A stretch of DNA of 64,000 bases, taken from Candidatus Cloacimonadales bacterium (lineage in GTDB: Bacteria; Cloacimonadota; Cloacimonadia; Cloacimonadales; DAONDQ01). Made by a program: the position numbers and the translations under genes. The notes beneath the pieces were generated by a model. It saw only the letters and a program-made list of their open reading frames with translations, was not told the origin of the DNA and made no database searches. Below, in pieces: positions 50,018 through 60,607 of the stretch. Every line of letters starts with the position of its first letter. The first letter of the stretch is position 1. The stretch spans positions 1,440,001-1,504,000 of the forward strand of contig OY759316.1 of assembly GCA_963662275.1 (NCBI GenBank). The letters are read 5' to 3'.

Positions 50018-51804
50018 ATGCAGGTGGTTTTCTGATTATTTTTATCTTATTGGTATTTTTTTCAAGCGGATATTGTCAAAACTCTGACAGCATAACTGTC
50101 TTCAAAGATGTAAATCTGATTCCTATGACATCGAATATAGTTATTCCTCATCAGACAGTCATCATCGAAGGAAAAAGAATCAGGGAAATCGGGAATATGG
50201 GTTCAGTACGAATACCAACTCATGCTCAGATAATAAATGGCGAAGGCAAATATCTGATGCCTGGTTTAGCCGATATGCATGCTCATTACCTGGCAGATTA
50301 TGAACGTGATAGTTTCTTCAATCTATTTCTAAAAAATGGTGTTACAACGGTCAGGCTTTTTCAGAGTTTTCCCAATGATTCAGTACTTGTCTGGAAAGAT
50401 AAGATCACCAGGCATGAGCTATTAGGTCCCACGCTGTTTACATGCGGAATGATGTTTAATGGTCCAGAGCTTCCAGCCAGCTCGATTCTAACTTCCAAAC
50501 GGAATTATGATTTCATCAAAATTTATGGGGATTTATCATCTGAAGAGTTCAAAGATGTCATGAAGATCGCCAGGCAGGAGAAGATCTATACGATTGGTCA
50601 TATACCATTCCTGGTAGGATTAGATAGTTTCATCCGGGAAGGGATGAATGAAATTGCCCATGCAGGTGAGCTTGATTATGAGCTTGTTGATTTCCCCAAA
50701 CGTACTTCACTTCGTCCTATGTTCGGTTATGTGATCGATCGCTGGGTGAAGCAGTTTTATCAGACCAATCTGACACCAGGGCAATATCTCCAGCTTAAAG
50801 ATTTAGAGATGAATGCTATTGTGGCAAAAGTGAAAGCATCAGGCATGTTTGTTAATACCACTTCAGTCGTTCCCAAGATCATTGTGGAACAGCTTTACGA
50901 AAAGGATAAATTCATGCAAAGACCGGAATTGAAATATATGATCAGAAGCTTCATGACTGATTACAGGGCAGGGCAGAACACTTACACACTGCAAATGGCT
51001 CAAATTCATAAAAAACACAAGAAAATCATGAAAGGAGATGATGGAAGAAAGTTCATTGAAGTTTTCTACAAAATGAACCTGCTCTTTGTAAAGAAACTGC
51101 ATGAAGCCGATGTACCTCTCCTATTGGCTACTGATACACCGGCAGAAGTAGTTGCAGTTGTACCCGGTTACTCTGTGCATGAAGAAATGCAAATCTATGT
51201 TGGAAACGGATTCGCTCCCTATGAAGCAATCAAAACAGGTACTTTCAATGCAGGAAGAGCCGTCGAGGCAATGACTGGAACAAATAGCATAGGGACGATA
51301 GAAATAGATAAACAAGCTGATTTGATTTTGACGAATTCTAATCCTCTTGATGATATAGCGAACATCAGGGATATTCAGGGTATTATGGTGCAGGGACGCT
51401 GGCTTTCCAAAATATCTTTAGACTCGCTGGAAGTGATCATGAAAACATCTATTACTGATGCTTTGATGGATGTAGCCAGGAAGAAACCGGGCGTGGAAAA
51501 TCTGATAAATAAGTATCAGGAAATCAAAGCAGATTCACTTAAATACTATGCTGTCCTGGAATCTCCATTAAACGAATTGGGCTATAAACTATGCAATCTG
51601 AAGAGATTTGAAGAAGGGATAGAAGTGTTCCGAATCAATACCATTGAGTTTTCCAATTCCTGGAATGCGTTTGATAGTTTAGGAGAGGCATACATGCGAG
51701 CCGGTAATAAAACACTTGCCATCGAAAACTATGAAAAATCGATTATACTGAATCCTAATAATGAATATGGAAAAGCTGTCCTGAAGAAAATAAAACGTAA
51801 GTAG
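50014..51804 (+). CDS. Secreted amidohydrolase with C-terminal TPR
   Basis: LMPGLADMHAH, GVTTVR, ATD, ADLIL..NPL; TPR NAFDSLGEAY. Confidence 0.85.
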   Translation: MNAGGFLIIFILLVFFSSGYCQNSDSITVFKDVNLIPMTSNIVIPHQTVIIEGKRIREIGNMGSVRIPTHAQIINGEGKYLMPGLADMHAHYLADYERDSFFNLFLKNGVTTVRLFQSFPNDSVLVWKDKITRHELLGPTLFTCGMMFNGPELPASSILTSKRNYDFIKIYGDLSSEEFKDVMKIARQEKIYTIGHIPFLVGLDSFIREGMNEIAHAGELDYELVDFPKRTSLRPMFGYVIDRWVKQFYQTNLTPGQYLQLKDLEMNAIVAKVKASGMFVNTTSVVPKIIVEQLYEKDKFMQRPELKYMIRSFMTDYRAGQNTYTLQMAQIHKKHKKIMKGDDGRKFIEVFYKMNLLFVKKLHEADVPLLLATDTPAEVVAVVPGYSVHEEMQIYVGNGFAPYEAIKTGTFNAGRAVEAMTGTNSIGTIEIDKQADLILTNSNPLDDIANIRDIQGIMVQGRWLSKISLDSLEVIMKTSITDALMDVARKKPGVENLINKYQEIKADSLKYYAVLESPLNELGYKLCNLKRFEEGIEVFRINTIEFSNSWNAFDSLGEAYMRAGNKTLAIENYEKSIILNPNNEYGKAVLKKIKRK

Positions 51805-51845
51805 CCAAGGAATGAAATCAGTGATTTTGAATAAGTAGTGTGAAA

Positions 51846-51880
51846 GATGTCAGCCCATAGCGTGAGCTATGGCTATTATC
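51846..51880. repeat. Isolated degenerate REP of the RAYT-associated family
   Basis: CCCATAGC-GTGA-GCTATGG followed by CTATTATC. Confidence 0.7.
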
Positions 51881-52095
51881 TTCCATCTCGCGAGATTAGC
51901 TCTGAACTAATACCTAGTAACTAAAACCTAGAACCTAGAACCTTATTTGTTTTATTCATTGACAACTATACATTTCACATTATTATAACATTATTGATTG
52001 TGTTTTGAGAAATGGAAATCCTTTGTAAAATATGATGAGTATATAAATTAACAAATAATAGGAGACGAAGTATAGGTTGTTAAAGGAGGTGTTCA

Positions 52096-55000
52096 ATGAA
52101 ATATCCTGTATTATTCTTCTTATTTACACTCTTAGTCTTACCTTCCTTCTTAAATGGAGTTTTTCTTACTAATATTCCCACAACTGTAACACAACCCGAT
52201 GGTACTAAACTGGAACTACTTGCCTCCGGTGATGAATTCAGTAATAAACTGCTTGACAGCAATGACTACACGATCATGCAAAATAAGAAAGGCTGGTATG
52301 TGTATGCTATACCTGATGGTAAAGGATGCCAACCATCAAGCTATATTGTCGGGAAGGACAATCCTGTTAAATTAGGACTCAAGACCGGATTATGGCAGGA
52401 TCCTGCAATTTCCAGGGCACGAGCTAAAGCTCGGTGGAATGAACTGCAGCACAACGGTCAAAGGGTCAATAACACAGGGACGATTAATAACATCGTTGTC
52501 TTCATTCGCTTCAGCAATGATACGGAGTTCCCAATTACAACTACGTATACAGATTACAACGCTATATATAATAGTGTCGCAACGAATGCATCCTCGATGA
52601 TCAATTATTTCAAGGAAATTTCCAGCAATTCTCTGACTGTGAATTCCCATCTTTATCCCAATCCCAATGGCAGCCTTATTGTTTCCTACCAGGATTCTCA
52701 TACCCGTGAGTATTATCTACCTGAAAGTGAAACTAACCCAGGCGGTTACGGATGGTTCTTTGATCAAAGAGATAGGGAGCATACTCTGCTTAAGAACTGC
52801 ATCAATTGGCTGGATTCCCAGCATATTGTTTCGCCATTTATTAACTTGGACAATGATAGCGACGGAAAGGCGGATAATGTCAGTTTTATCGTCAGAGGCG
52901 CTTCCGGACCATGGAGTTCAATACTTTGGCCTCACAGGTGGCAACTGACCAACTATGACGTTTATCTCAATGGAAAACAAGTGTATGATTATAATTTCGA
53001 TATGGAAGACCAAGCTAATGTCGGAACTTTTTGCCATGAGATGTGTCATACCCTGAGCTTTCCCGATCTCTACCATTATTCTGATGGAGGGACAGATCTT
53101 CTTCATCCGGTTAGTCCTTGGGATGTGATGGCACTAACCGCCAATCCTCCTCAGCATCCTCTTACATATATGCTGCATAAATACGGACATTGGGGACCGA
53201 GTCCAACAGGTATTGCATATGCGGGTACCTATTCTCTCACATCAACAGAAGTCTCAATTTATAATGCATATATAATTGCCTCCAATAACGAACATCAAGC
53301 ATACTACCTGGAATATAGAAAGAAAAGGGGAGTCTTTGAAAGTTCAATACCTGCATCAGGAATGATTATCTATCGAATAGATAACGAAGAAGAAGGCAAT
53401 GATGATGGACCTCCTGATGAAGTCTATGTCTATTGTCCGAATGGAACACCTTCCGTCGCTGGCAGCATAAATCAAGCTGCCTTCAGTAGTTATTATGGAA
53501 GAAGTGCTTTTCACCAATATACAAATCCAACACCGTTCCTGGAGGATGGTAGCCAGGGAGGGCTAATTATCACAGATATATCAGATATTCTTTCAGATAC
53601 TATGACTTTCAAGCTTCGGGATTCTATTCCAAAAACGTGGAAAGGAACAGCTTCGGGAGATTGGAACAATGCAGCAAATTGGGTGAATGGATTGCCATTA
53701 TCTACCGATGACTGTGACATCCCGACAGGCTGTCCGAACTATCCAAATTCATCGATTTCCCTAATCTCGTGTCATAATCTGTTTGTGTCGATAGATGCGA
53801 GTTTAATAATCGGTTACCTTAGTGTGTACATCCAGGGGAATTATGACACTCATGGGAATACGAACTTCAACAGCAGTAGTAGTCTCAATGTTACAGGCTC
53901 TACGATTTGGGATTCTTACTCACGTGTCATATCTACAAATCCCTCTTTCACCGTTCATGCTTCAGGCGACATGGAATTCAGAGATGGTTCGTTTGTCAAT
54001 TTCACCCAGGGAACGGTTGTGTTTGAGGGAGGTACAGGAAGTGTTTTGACAATTAATGCGGAAACATACTTCAATCACCTAAGTGTGAACAAGTCTTCAT
54101 CCTGGTTGTCGGTCAATTCTTTATGCACAGATACTCTCAAAGTGTATGGAGATTTCCACAATTATAACGGTAGTATTTTTTATTACAATTCAGCTTATAG
54201 TTTTATGCTGAAAGGCAATTACACCAACGATACTGGAGGTCATTGCTATCATGATAACGGAAAGATACTATTCTATAGTGCTTCAAATCAAAATATTACT
54301 AATCCTGATATCTACAGTTATTTCAATGATGTAACGATAGATGAATTTTCGATTCAAATAGTTAGGCTCATGTCTTCTATTCGAATTCATGGAAATGTTC
54401 AAATACTGAATGGTAGTTTTGACAGTAATGATCATGATATCTATGTGGGAGGAGGGTGGTATAATACACAAGGACCTACTCACTTCAATGAGGGAAGCGG
54501 GAAGGTATATATCAATGGCACTATTGACCAAAGCTTCAATAGTGAGACATTCAATTCACTTGTCCTTAATAAAAGCAGCGGAACCCTCATTATACCATCA
54601 GGGCAGACGGTAATATGTTATAGTTATCAGTGGTCTGGTGGAGCATATAGGGTTGATGGAGGAAATTTCCAGGTGCAGAATCTCTATGATAATGGAATAT
54701 TCGGAGATATTACACTGAACTCAGGCACCATAGATTATTCCCAGGATGGAAGCCAATATGTTGACCTACGTTGTACTTTAACAATCCATAATGGTAATTT
54801 TATCGTCCATGGCGGTCTTGGTCCTGCCTGGCTACCCTATATTGATGCTCTATCCCTGACAATGACAGGAGGAGTGCTTGATTTCACTGATGTGGGTGTA
54901 TATTTGCCGAATGACTACCCTTTGAATTGGAATGTCAGTGGTGGTACCATACGTACACCATATGATATAAACGTAGAAAGAAGTGATTTTGTATCTACTG

Positions 55001-57648
55001 GTGGGATGTTCGAAATGTATGGCAGCTCATCAACTACAATCGCAGTTGATCATAGCAGTAATCTTTTTGACTTGAAAATCAATAAATCATCTCGATCTAC
55101 TGATAACTTCAAGTTACCTTTAGCTTTGAGGACACGAGATGGCAGCATGAGAACCATCACTAGGAACGCTGATGTTGTTTGTACAGCACCATTACATTTA
55201 ACCGGATCGTTTACCCAGGAAGCAGGGGTTTTTACAGCACCATCAACCATTTTGATTGGAGGAGATTGGACTTCAAATGTAAGTGCTGACAACTTTATCC
55301 CGGCAGAAGGAAGGGTTACCTTTAACGGTAGCGGGACTCAATATATTACAGGAAACGTAGATTTCGACCTGGTTGTTCTGAATCAGAGTGGACAGATCAT
55401 AATTCCAAACAACACTTCTTACGTAACCTGTCGTACTTTTACAGTGTATGCTGGAGGAGTATTTGTGCAGAATGGAGGTATTTTTACTGCCTATGATCTA
55501 ACCCAGGACGGCATATGGGGGAATTATACAGCTCGAAGTGATGGAACCATCAACCTTTACCAGGATAGTGGACAGTGGATTGACCTGGATGGCAATTTCT
55601 ATATCTGGGGTGGAACGATCAACGTTTACGGTGGTTCAGGTACCTGTATGTTTGCCTATTCAAATGATGCGAGCTTTTTCATGCATTCCGGGAGAGTCGA
55701 TTTCAAAAACCAGGGTGTTCTTCTTTATAATAACTATAATTATCTGGATTGGACAGTGGAAGGGGGAACATTTAAAGTAGCAGACTGCTTCCAGAGTTAT
55801 TTACCTGATATTCAATTCGAGGGTGGAACCCTTGAATTCACAGGGACAGGATACTCGGAATTGCACTTGGATACAAATAATAGTCTGTATGAAGTTAAGA
55901 TCAACAAATCATCATCCAAAGTATCCGCTCGAAATATTGAAACAGTTGACACTCATACCATGATACCTGGACGAACCAAACCTCACATCAATCAAAGGAC
56001 ATCCGGTGTCTATGCATCATCTGCAATTCATGTGACAGAAAATTTGAATATTCTGAACGGTACTTATGATACTAACGGTTACCATCACACGGTGGATGGA
56101 AACATTGATAACTGCGGAACACTGGCAATAAATACGAATTGTCAAGTGGACTGCGGTAGTAATCTAAACTGGTACACAGGAGCAAGATCTGATATGAGTA
56201 CAGGTACAATCAATTGCAGCGGTGATTTGCTGATTCAAAGCGGTGCTTATTTTAATCTCACGGAATCTTCCATCAATATGCGGGCACCTGCTTCAGCTTC
56301 CATCACCATCCAGGAACAGACTGCTGTCTTTGGCGAATTGAATTTCGATGGTACTACCCCGGATGCATATTATTCTATCAGTGAATATTCGACAGATTCC
56401 TTGAAAGTAGCAGGTGATTTAAATATCATGGGAAACCAGATCGTAGATTTGGGAACTCACAGCGCAATCGTTGATGGTTCCGTTTATATCGCACCATCCG
56501 GGATGCTCTACATAGGCAATAACGGATTTTTGAGCAATCTGGATACGATCATGGATGAAGGAACCCTGTATATGACAGAAGGAAAGCTGATACTTGGTAA
56601 TGCGTTCATAGTAAGCAGCACAGGAGCTTTAAGCACCCTTGGTTCTAATGACCAGAATGCGTTGATTACATCCAACGGAGGTAATTATTCATTCGACATT
56701 AACAGCGGTGGTTCAATCTGTGCTTTATTTACCATATTTGAAGGAATGGGATGGCAGGGGATCAATTTACATGAAGGTTCACTGTTAGCTGAAGGATATT
56801 CATTCTCGCATTGTACATTCAGGAATGGCACACCCTGGGGTACACTATTATCGATGAATAATTCCCAGGATGTCGAGATTTCCGAAGCAGTTTTCCCGAG
56901 CAATACCTGGTATGGCTCCAATAATGTCTCCAAATATAATGACACAGGTAGTGTTACTATGACCAATGCCACTGGTGATTTTGCAGGCTCGGATTATGAA
57001 TATGATCCTTATGATAGGATCAATTGGCAGGATGTGGGTTATCCTGACCTCATTGTAACCAGGCTTTACTATACATCCGGATATCCCTACGTATGTGACT
57101 CAGTTTACGTCACAGTCGTAGTGGAAAATACTTCGTCAATTCCTATAGACACTTCATTCAGGATTGATATGTACTATAATCCTCCTGAACTACCAGGAGT
57201 GGAAACACCAGGAGATCAGTGTCATATCTTTGATGCAATCGGTGCTAATGGAAGTGTCAGTTGGTCATTTCCCTCTGTCAGCAATGATATATCAGAATAC
57301 TGGTATTCCTATTGCAGAGTCGATCGAATTAATGCCATCACTGAATCAGATGAAACAAACAACATAACCTTGCCACTTGAGTTGTTATGGTGGAATTTAC
57401 CCGCTATCGATAACCTTAATATTACGTATAGTACAGATAATATGATCGAACTGACATGGTCTTATCCAGTATGGGCAACTCGATTCAATATCTATAAGGA
57501 TACTGATCCCAATGGAACATTCGAATCACTTGCAGGGAGTTCCACAGATGGATATTATTTGGAAGCACCTTCTTCTGACAGGTATTTCTACATGGTTAAG
57601 GCAGAAAGAGTAGGAAGTTCGAAGTATGAGGTACGAAGCTCGAAGTAG
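52096..57648 (+). CDS. Secreted M6 (immune inhibitor A-like) metalloprotease with beta-rich repeats and CARDB-like domain
   Basis: QPDG...GDE propeptide, LWPH, CHEMCHTLSFPDLY, WDVM, ESDETNN. Confidence 0.88.
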   Translation: MKYPVLFFLFTLLVLPSFLNGVFLTNIPTTVTQPDGTKLELLASGDEFSNKLLDSNDYTIMQNKKGWYVYAIPDGKGCQPSSYIVGKDNPVKLGLKTGLWQDPAISRARAKARWNELQHNGQRVNNTGTINNIVVFIRFSNDTEFPITTTYTDYNAIYNSVATNASSMINYFKEISSNSLTVNSHLYPNPNGSLIVSYQDSHTREYYLPESETNPGGYGWFFDQRDREHTLLKNCINWLDSQHIVSPFINLDNDSDGKADNVSFIVRGASGPWSSILWPHRWQLTNYDVYLNGKQVYDYNFDMEDQANVGTFCHEMCHTLSFPDLYHYSDGGTDLLHPVSPWDVMALTANPPQHPLTYMLHKYGHWGPSPTGIAYAGTYSLTSTEVSIYNAYIIASNNEHQAYYLEYRKKRGVFESSIPASGMIIYRIDNEEEGNDDGPPDEVYVYCPNGTPSVAGSINQAAFSSYYGRSAFHQYTNPTPFLEDGSQGGLIITDISDILSDTMTFKLRDSIPKTWKGTASGDWNNAANWVNGLPLSTDDCDIPTGCPNYPNSSISLISCHNLFVSIDASLIIGYLSVYIQGNYDTHGNTNFNSSSSLNVTGSTIWDSYSRVISTNPSFTVHASGDMEFRDGSFVNFTQGTVVFEGGTGSVLTINAETYFNHLSVNKSSSWLSVNSLCTDTLKVYGDFHNYNGSIFYYNSAYSFMLKGNYTNDTGGHCYHDNGKILFYSASNQNITNPDIYSYFNDVTIDEFSIQIVRLMSSIRIHGNVQILNGSFDSNDHDIYVGGGWYNTQGPTHFNEGSGKVYINGTIDQSFNSETFNSLVLNKSSGTLIIPSGQTVICYSYQWSGGAYRVDGGNFQVQNLYDNGIFGDITLNSGTIDYSQDGSQYVDLRCTLTIHNGNFIVHGGLGPAWLPYIDALSLTMTGGVLDFTDVGVYLPNDYPLNWNVSGGTIRTPYDINVERSDFVSTGGMFEMYGSSSTTIAVDHSSNLFDLKINKSSRSTDNFKLPLALRTRDGSMRTITRNADVVCTAPLHLTGSFTQEAGVFTAPSTILIGGDWTSNVSADNFIPAEGRVTFNGSGTQYITGNVDFDLVVLNQSGQIIIPNNTSYVTCRTFTVYAGGVFVQNGGIFTAYDLTQDGIWGNYTARSDGTINLYQDSGQWIDLDGNFYIWGGTINVYGGSGTCMFAYSNDASFFMHSGRVDFKNQGVLLYNNYNYLDWTVEGGTFKVADCFQSYLPDIQFEGGTLEFTGTGYSELHLDTNNSLYEVKINKSSSKVSARNIETVDTHTMIPGRTKPHINQRTSGVYASSAIHVTENLNILNGTYDTNGYHHTVDGNIDNCGTLAINTNCQVDCGSNLNWYTGARSDMSTGTINCSGDLLIQSGAYFNLTESSINMRAPASASITIQEQTAVFGELNFDGTTPDAYYSISEYSTDSLKVAGDLNIMGNQIVDLGTHSAIVDGSVYIAPSGMLYIGNNGFLSNLDTIMDEGTLYMTEGKLILGNAFIVSSTGALSTLGSNDQNALITSNGGNYSFDINSGGSICALFTIFEGMGWQGINLHEGSLLAEGYSFSHCTFRNGTPWGTLLSMNNSQDVEISEAVFPSNTWYGSNNVSKYNDTGSVTMTNATGDFAGSDYEYDPYDRINWQDVGYPDLIVTRLYYTSGYPYVCDSVYVTVVVENTSSIPIDTSFRIDMYYNPPELPGVETPGDQCHIFDAIGANGSVSWSFPSVSNDISEYWYSYCRVDRINAITESDETNNITLPLELLWWNLPAIDNLNITYSTDNMIELTWSYPVWATRFNIYKDTDPNGTFESLAGSSTDGYYLEAPSSDRYFYMVKAERVGSSKYEVRSSK

Positions 57649-57750
57649 AAGAGCAGAACAGATAATTTAGCTGAACCTACCTATGCTGCACAGGAAGGGG
57701 GAGTCAATGCTGTCTGTTATTAGATATGCAGGTTAATATCACATCATTAT

Positions 57751-59396
57751 CAGGCATCCCCCCGTAATTTTCTTAACAATTAGTTTAGAAGCGTTTATAG
57801 TAACAGTCAAACGTTTTGCCGACTTTGAAAATCTGTTTAACATCACTGGTTGGTCAAAACTCCTAAACAGAAACTAGTGCAATTTGTAATTTACGGTAAA
57901 CAGAAGAGTTGTGTTTTCACGGTAAAAGCAAAAAGCAGGTATTTTAATAAAACTTATAAAATTATGTGAGAAAATAAGATAACTATATAGAATGTCCATA
58001 ATAAAACTGTACAAAAAAAGTGTCTCCGATCTTTTGTTCAAGCACTAAACCAAACCTAAGAAGGAGACACCCATGATTAATAAGAAGCAAATCAAAACCA
58101 GAGAAACCTTGCAAGTAAAATTGTTACAATTTCTGAATAATTTTAGAGAAACGCAATCTCTACCTGTGTATAAGTTCATACAGGATATCTGCTTAGGGAT
58201 ACTGAAAAGTAAATCTGTAATTATGCTCCAAATAGCGAAACAGCTAAATGAACCAATCACGGTTAAAAAGCTCTGCGAACGTTTCACCCGACATTTGAAT
58301 AAGAAGCCCTTAGGAGATAAGCTGCAAGCGGAAATAATTAGGCATCAGTGCCAGGGTTTTGATGATGAGACAGGCATCATAGTTGATGAAAGTGATATCG
58401 TAAAAACCAAAGCCAAAAAGATGGAGGGATTGCAGAAGGTGCGTGATGGCAGCACCGGCAGTCATGATCAGCAGGGCTATGCATTGCTGAATATAATTGC
58501 CTATCAGGCAGGCAGTACAGGCTATGAGATAAAACCCATCAGTTCAGACCTGATAGCCCGAAACATGGAATTGGATAGCGTCTCTCAGATCATGGAAGAC
58601 CGGCTAGTGGGGATTATTCTTGCAAGTGGTAACCGTGGAGTAACTATTTTCGACCGTGGCTTTGACAACCGAAATCTATTCAGCTTTCTGCATGAACATG
58701 GACTAAGCTATATCATCAGATCAACAGGTGAAAGAAGTCTTATCATGGATGGCTGCGAACAGAACTTCATGGCAGTGGCAAAGACAGTGAAACTCGATCA
58801 TACATTCAATCTGCAAGAATCAGGACAACAGATAAAATGTGGTTTAACGCGGGTGAAGCTGCGTTTGAATCCTTACCCTGTAAAATACCCTGATACTACA
58901 GATGCCTGGCTTATTGTTGCACAGTTCAGTCCCGATGCTAGTGGCAGACAGGGATATTTCTATTTCATCTGCGACTTTCCGACACAACCTTATCTGACGG
59001 AAAATGCTATCATGGAGAAGGTTTTGCGGATGTATCGCATACGCTGGAAAATCGAAGAGGTCCATCGCCATATCAAGCAGGAATATGGTTGGGAAAAGAT
59101 ACAACTGAAATCATATACCCGTCTGAAAAACATGAACCAGCTGCTTCTGCTAGCTATGTGCTACCTGTATTCTCTGAAAAAGTATGCTGGCGTATTTTTA
59201 GATGCCTTCCCAAATCTTATGAAATACTCAAATAAACAGTGGAAGCAGATATATGACTTTGTGTATTATCGTCTGTCAATGCTGATAGAGATGTGTTTTG
59301 CCACCGTGACAAGGTACAGGCTCAATCCTTTTGCAGGAAAATGGCTGGATAATCAGCAGCTAAAAATACCTGGTTTGAAAAACGGGGGGATGTGAG
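57751..59396 (+). mobile_element. IS4-superfamily insertion sequence with 15-bp direct repeats
   Basis: Inverted-repeat core CATCCCCCCGT at both ends; ATATCACATCATTAT at 57736-57750 and 59397-59411. Confidence 0.88.
58073..59395 (+). CDS. DDE transposase (IS4 superfamily)
   Basis: IVDESD, FDRGFD, YRIRWKIEEVHRHIKQ (YREK). Confidence 0.9.
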   Translation: MINKKQIKTRETLQVKLLQFLNNFRETQSLPVYKFIQDICLGILKSKSVIMLQIAKQLNEPITVKKLCERFTRHLNKKPLGDKLQAEIIRHQCQGFDDETGIIVDESDIVKTKAKKMEGLQKVRDGSTGSHDQQGYALLNIIAYQAGSTGYEIKPISSDLIARNMELDSVSQIMEDRLVGIILASGNRGVTIFDRGFDNRNLFSFLHEHGLSYIIRSTGERSLIMDGCEQNFMAVAKTVKLDHTFNLQESGQQIKCGLTRVKLRLNPYPVKYPDTTDAWLIVAQFSPDASGRQGYFYFICDFPTQPYLTENAIMEKVLRMYRIRWKIEEVHRHIKQEYGWEKIQLKSYTRLKNMNQLLLLAMCYLYSLKKYAGVFLDAFPNLMKYSNKQWKQIYDFVYYRLSMLIEMCFATVTRYRLNPFAGKWLDNQQLKIPGLKNGGM

Positions 59397-59477
59397 ATAT
59401 CACATCATTATGACTTGACAATAAATTATTACTTCTCAATAAATTGAAACTTGATTTAACAAATATCAGGAGTAATA

Positions 59478-60176
59478 ATGGATACATATACTGATTCCAT
59501 AAAAGCATTTATGGCTATGCAAATGGAAGAACAAATCGCTGAAAGTACATTAGCTTCTCTTGAAACAAATGAGATGCTGAAACTACTCTATCATTACAAT
59601 CTTGATCAGGCTATAAAGAAAGCAATTGTGAATTATCTAGTGAAGAATCGTGTTGAAGATGAAAGTGAAAATCAGGATCAAGATACAACTAATTGGGTGA
59701 ATCCTGAACAATATCGAACGTTATCTGAAAAAGAACAGTTATCTGAAGCTGTTCTCTCTTCCATCAAGGAAAGTGATCTTGTTACAATACTAATTGACCT
59801 TGAGATTTCAGATAACGTGAGAGATATGATCTATCATCGGTTAATTTCTAACATCAGACAAACTTCCGAAACCGAACCAGTTTCAGACAACATCTCATCC
59901 TATTCAAATACAGACAGGATGTATCCTGTATTGAATATGATATCTACAATTTTTAAAGTTGCTGCTGGGCTGATCATATTGATTGGAATCATCATTGTGA
60001 TAGTAACAACAAAAGCAGGATATAGTAGCCTGTTATCAGCATCTGCAATCCTGTTCTATGCCGTGATTATCGCAATCGTTGTATATGCCTTCGCTGAGAT
60101 GATCAAAGTGATGACTGATATCTCTTCAACATCTTTCCAAATCTTGAATCAATTAAAACAAAATGAGAAGAAATAG
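59478..60176 (+). CDS. Hypothetical protein with two C-terminal TM helices
   Basis: 232-aa ORF with AGGAG RBS. Confidence 0.7.
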   Translation: MDTYTDSIKAFMAMQMEEQIAESTLASLETNEMLKLLYHYNLDQAIKKAIVNYLVKNRVEDESENQDQDTTNWVNPEQYRTLSEKEQLSEAVLSSIKESDLVTILIDLEISDNVRDMIYHRLISNIRQTSETEPVSDNISSYSNTDRMYPVLNMISTIFKVAAGLIILIGIIIVIVTTKAGYSSLLSASAILFYAVIIAIVVYAFAEMIKVMTDISSTSFQILNQLKQNEKK

Positions 60177-60607
60177 GTTTAAGATTAGTTAAGAGCAGTG
60201 ATATGTGCCAAAATGACTGAGCTAATTCTATTTGGTATTAAGATTCTGTGGAAAAACGAAGACAACCAATCTTGGACTCAAGGTTGCTATTATGCTTTTT
60301 CCCCTGAGTCATATTAAATAATATGATAGCAATAATATGATCATTTTCTAAAGCAATAGAATAATATACAAGATAATACATAATTAAGTTGACAAGTTGG
60401 TAGGAATTTATTATATAATTTACATAAGAATAAAAAATATTGAACATTTGTTTAATCAATAAGCATGTGTTCGGCTTCCTAATAAATCTGTTCAGGACAC
60501 ATGCAGCTCTTAACATCTGAATAATTGTACGGTAATCGATGAAGGTCGTCGAACTTTCATCCACAAAGTTTCCGGATTCATGAATTGGATATTCAAAAGG
60601 AGCTGAA

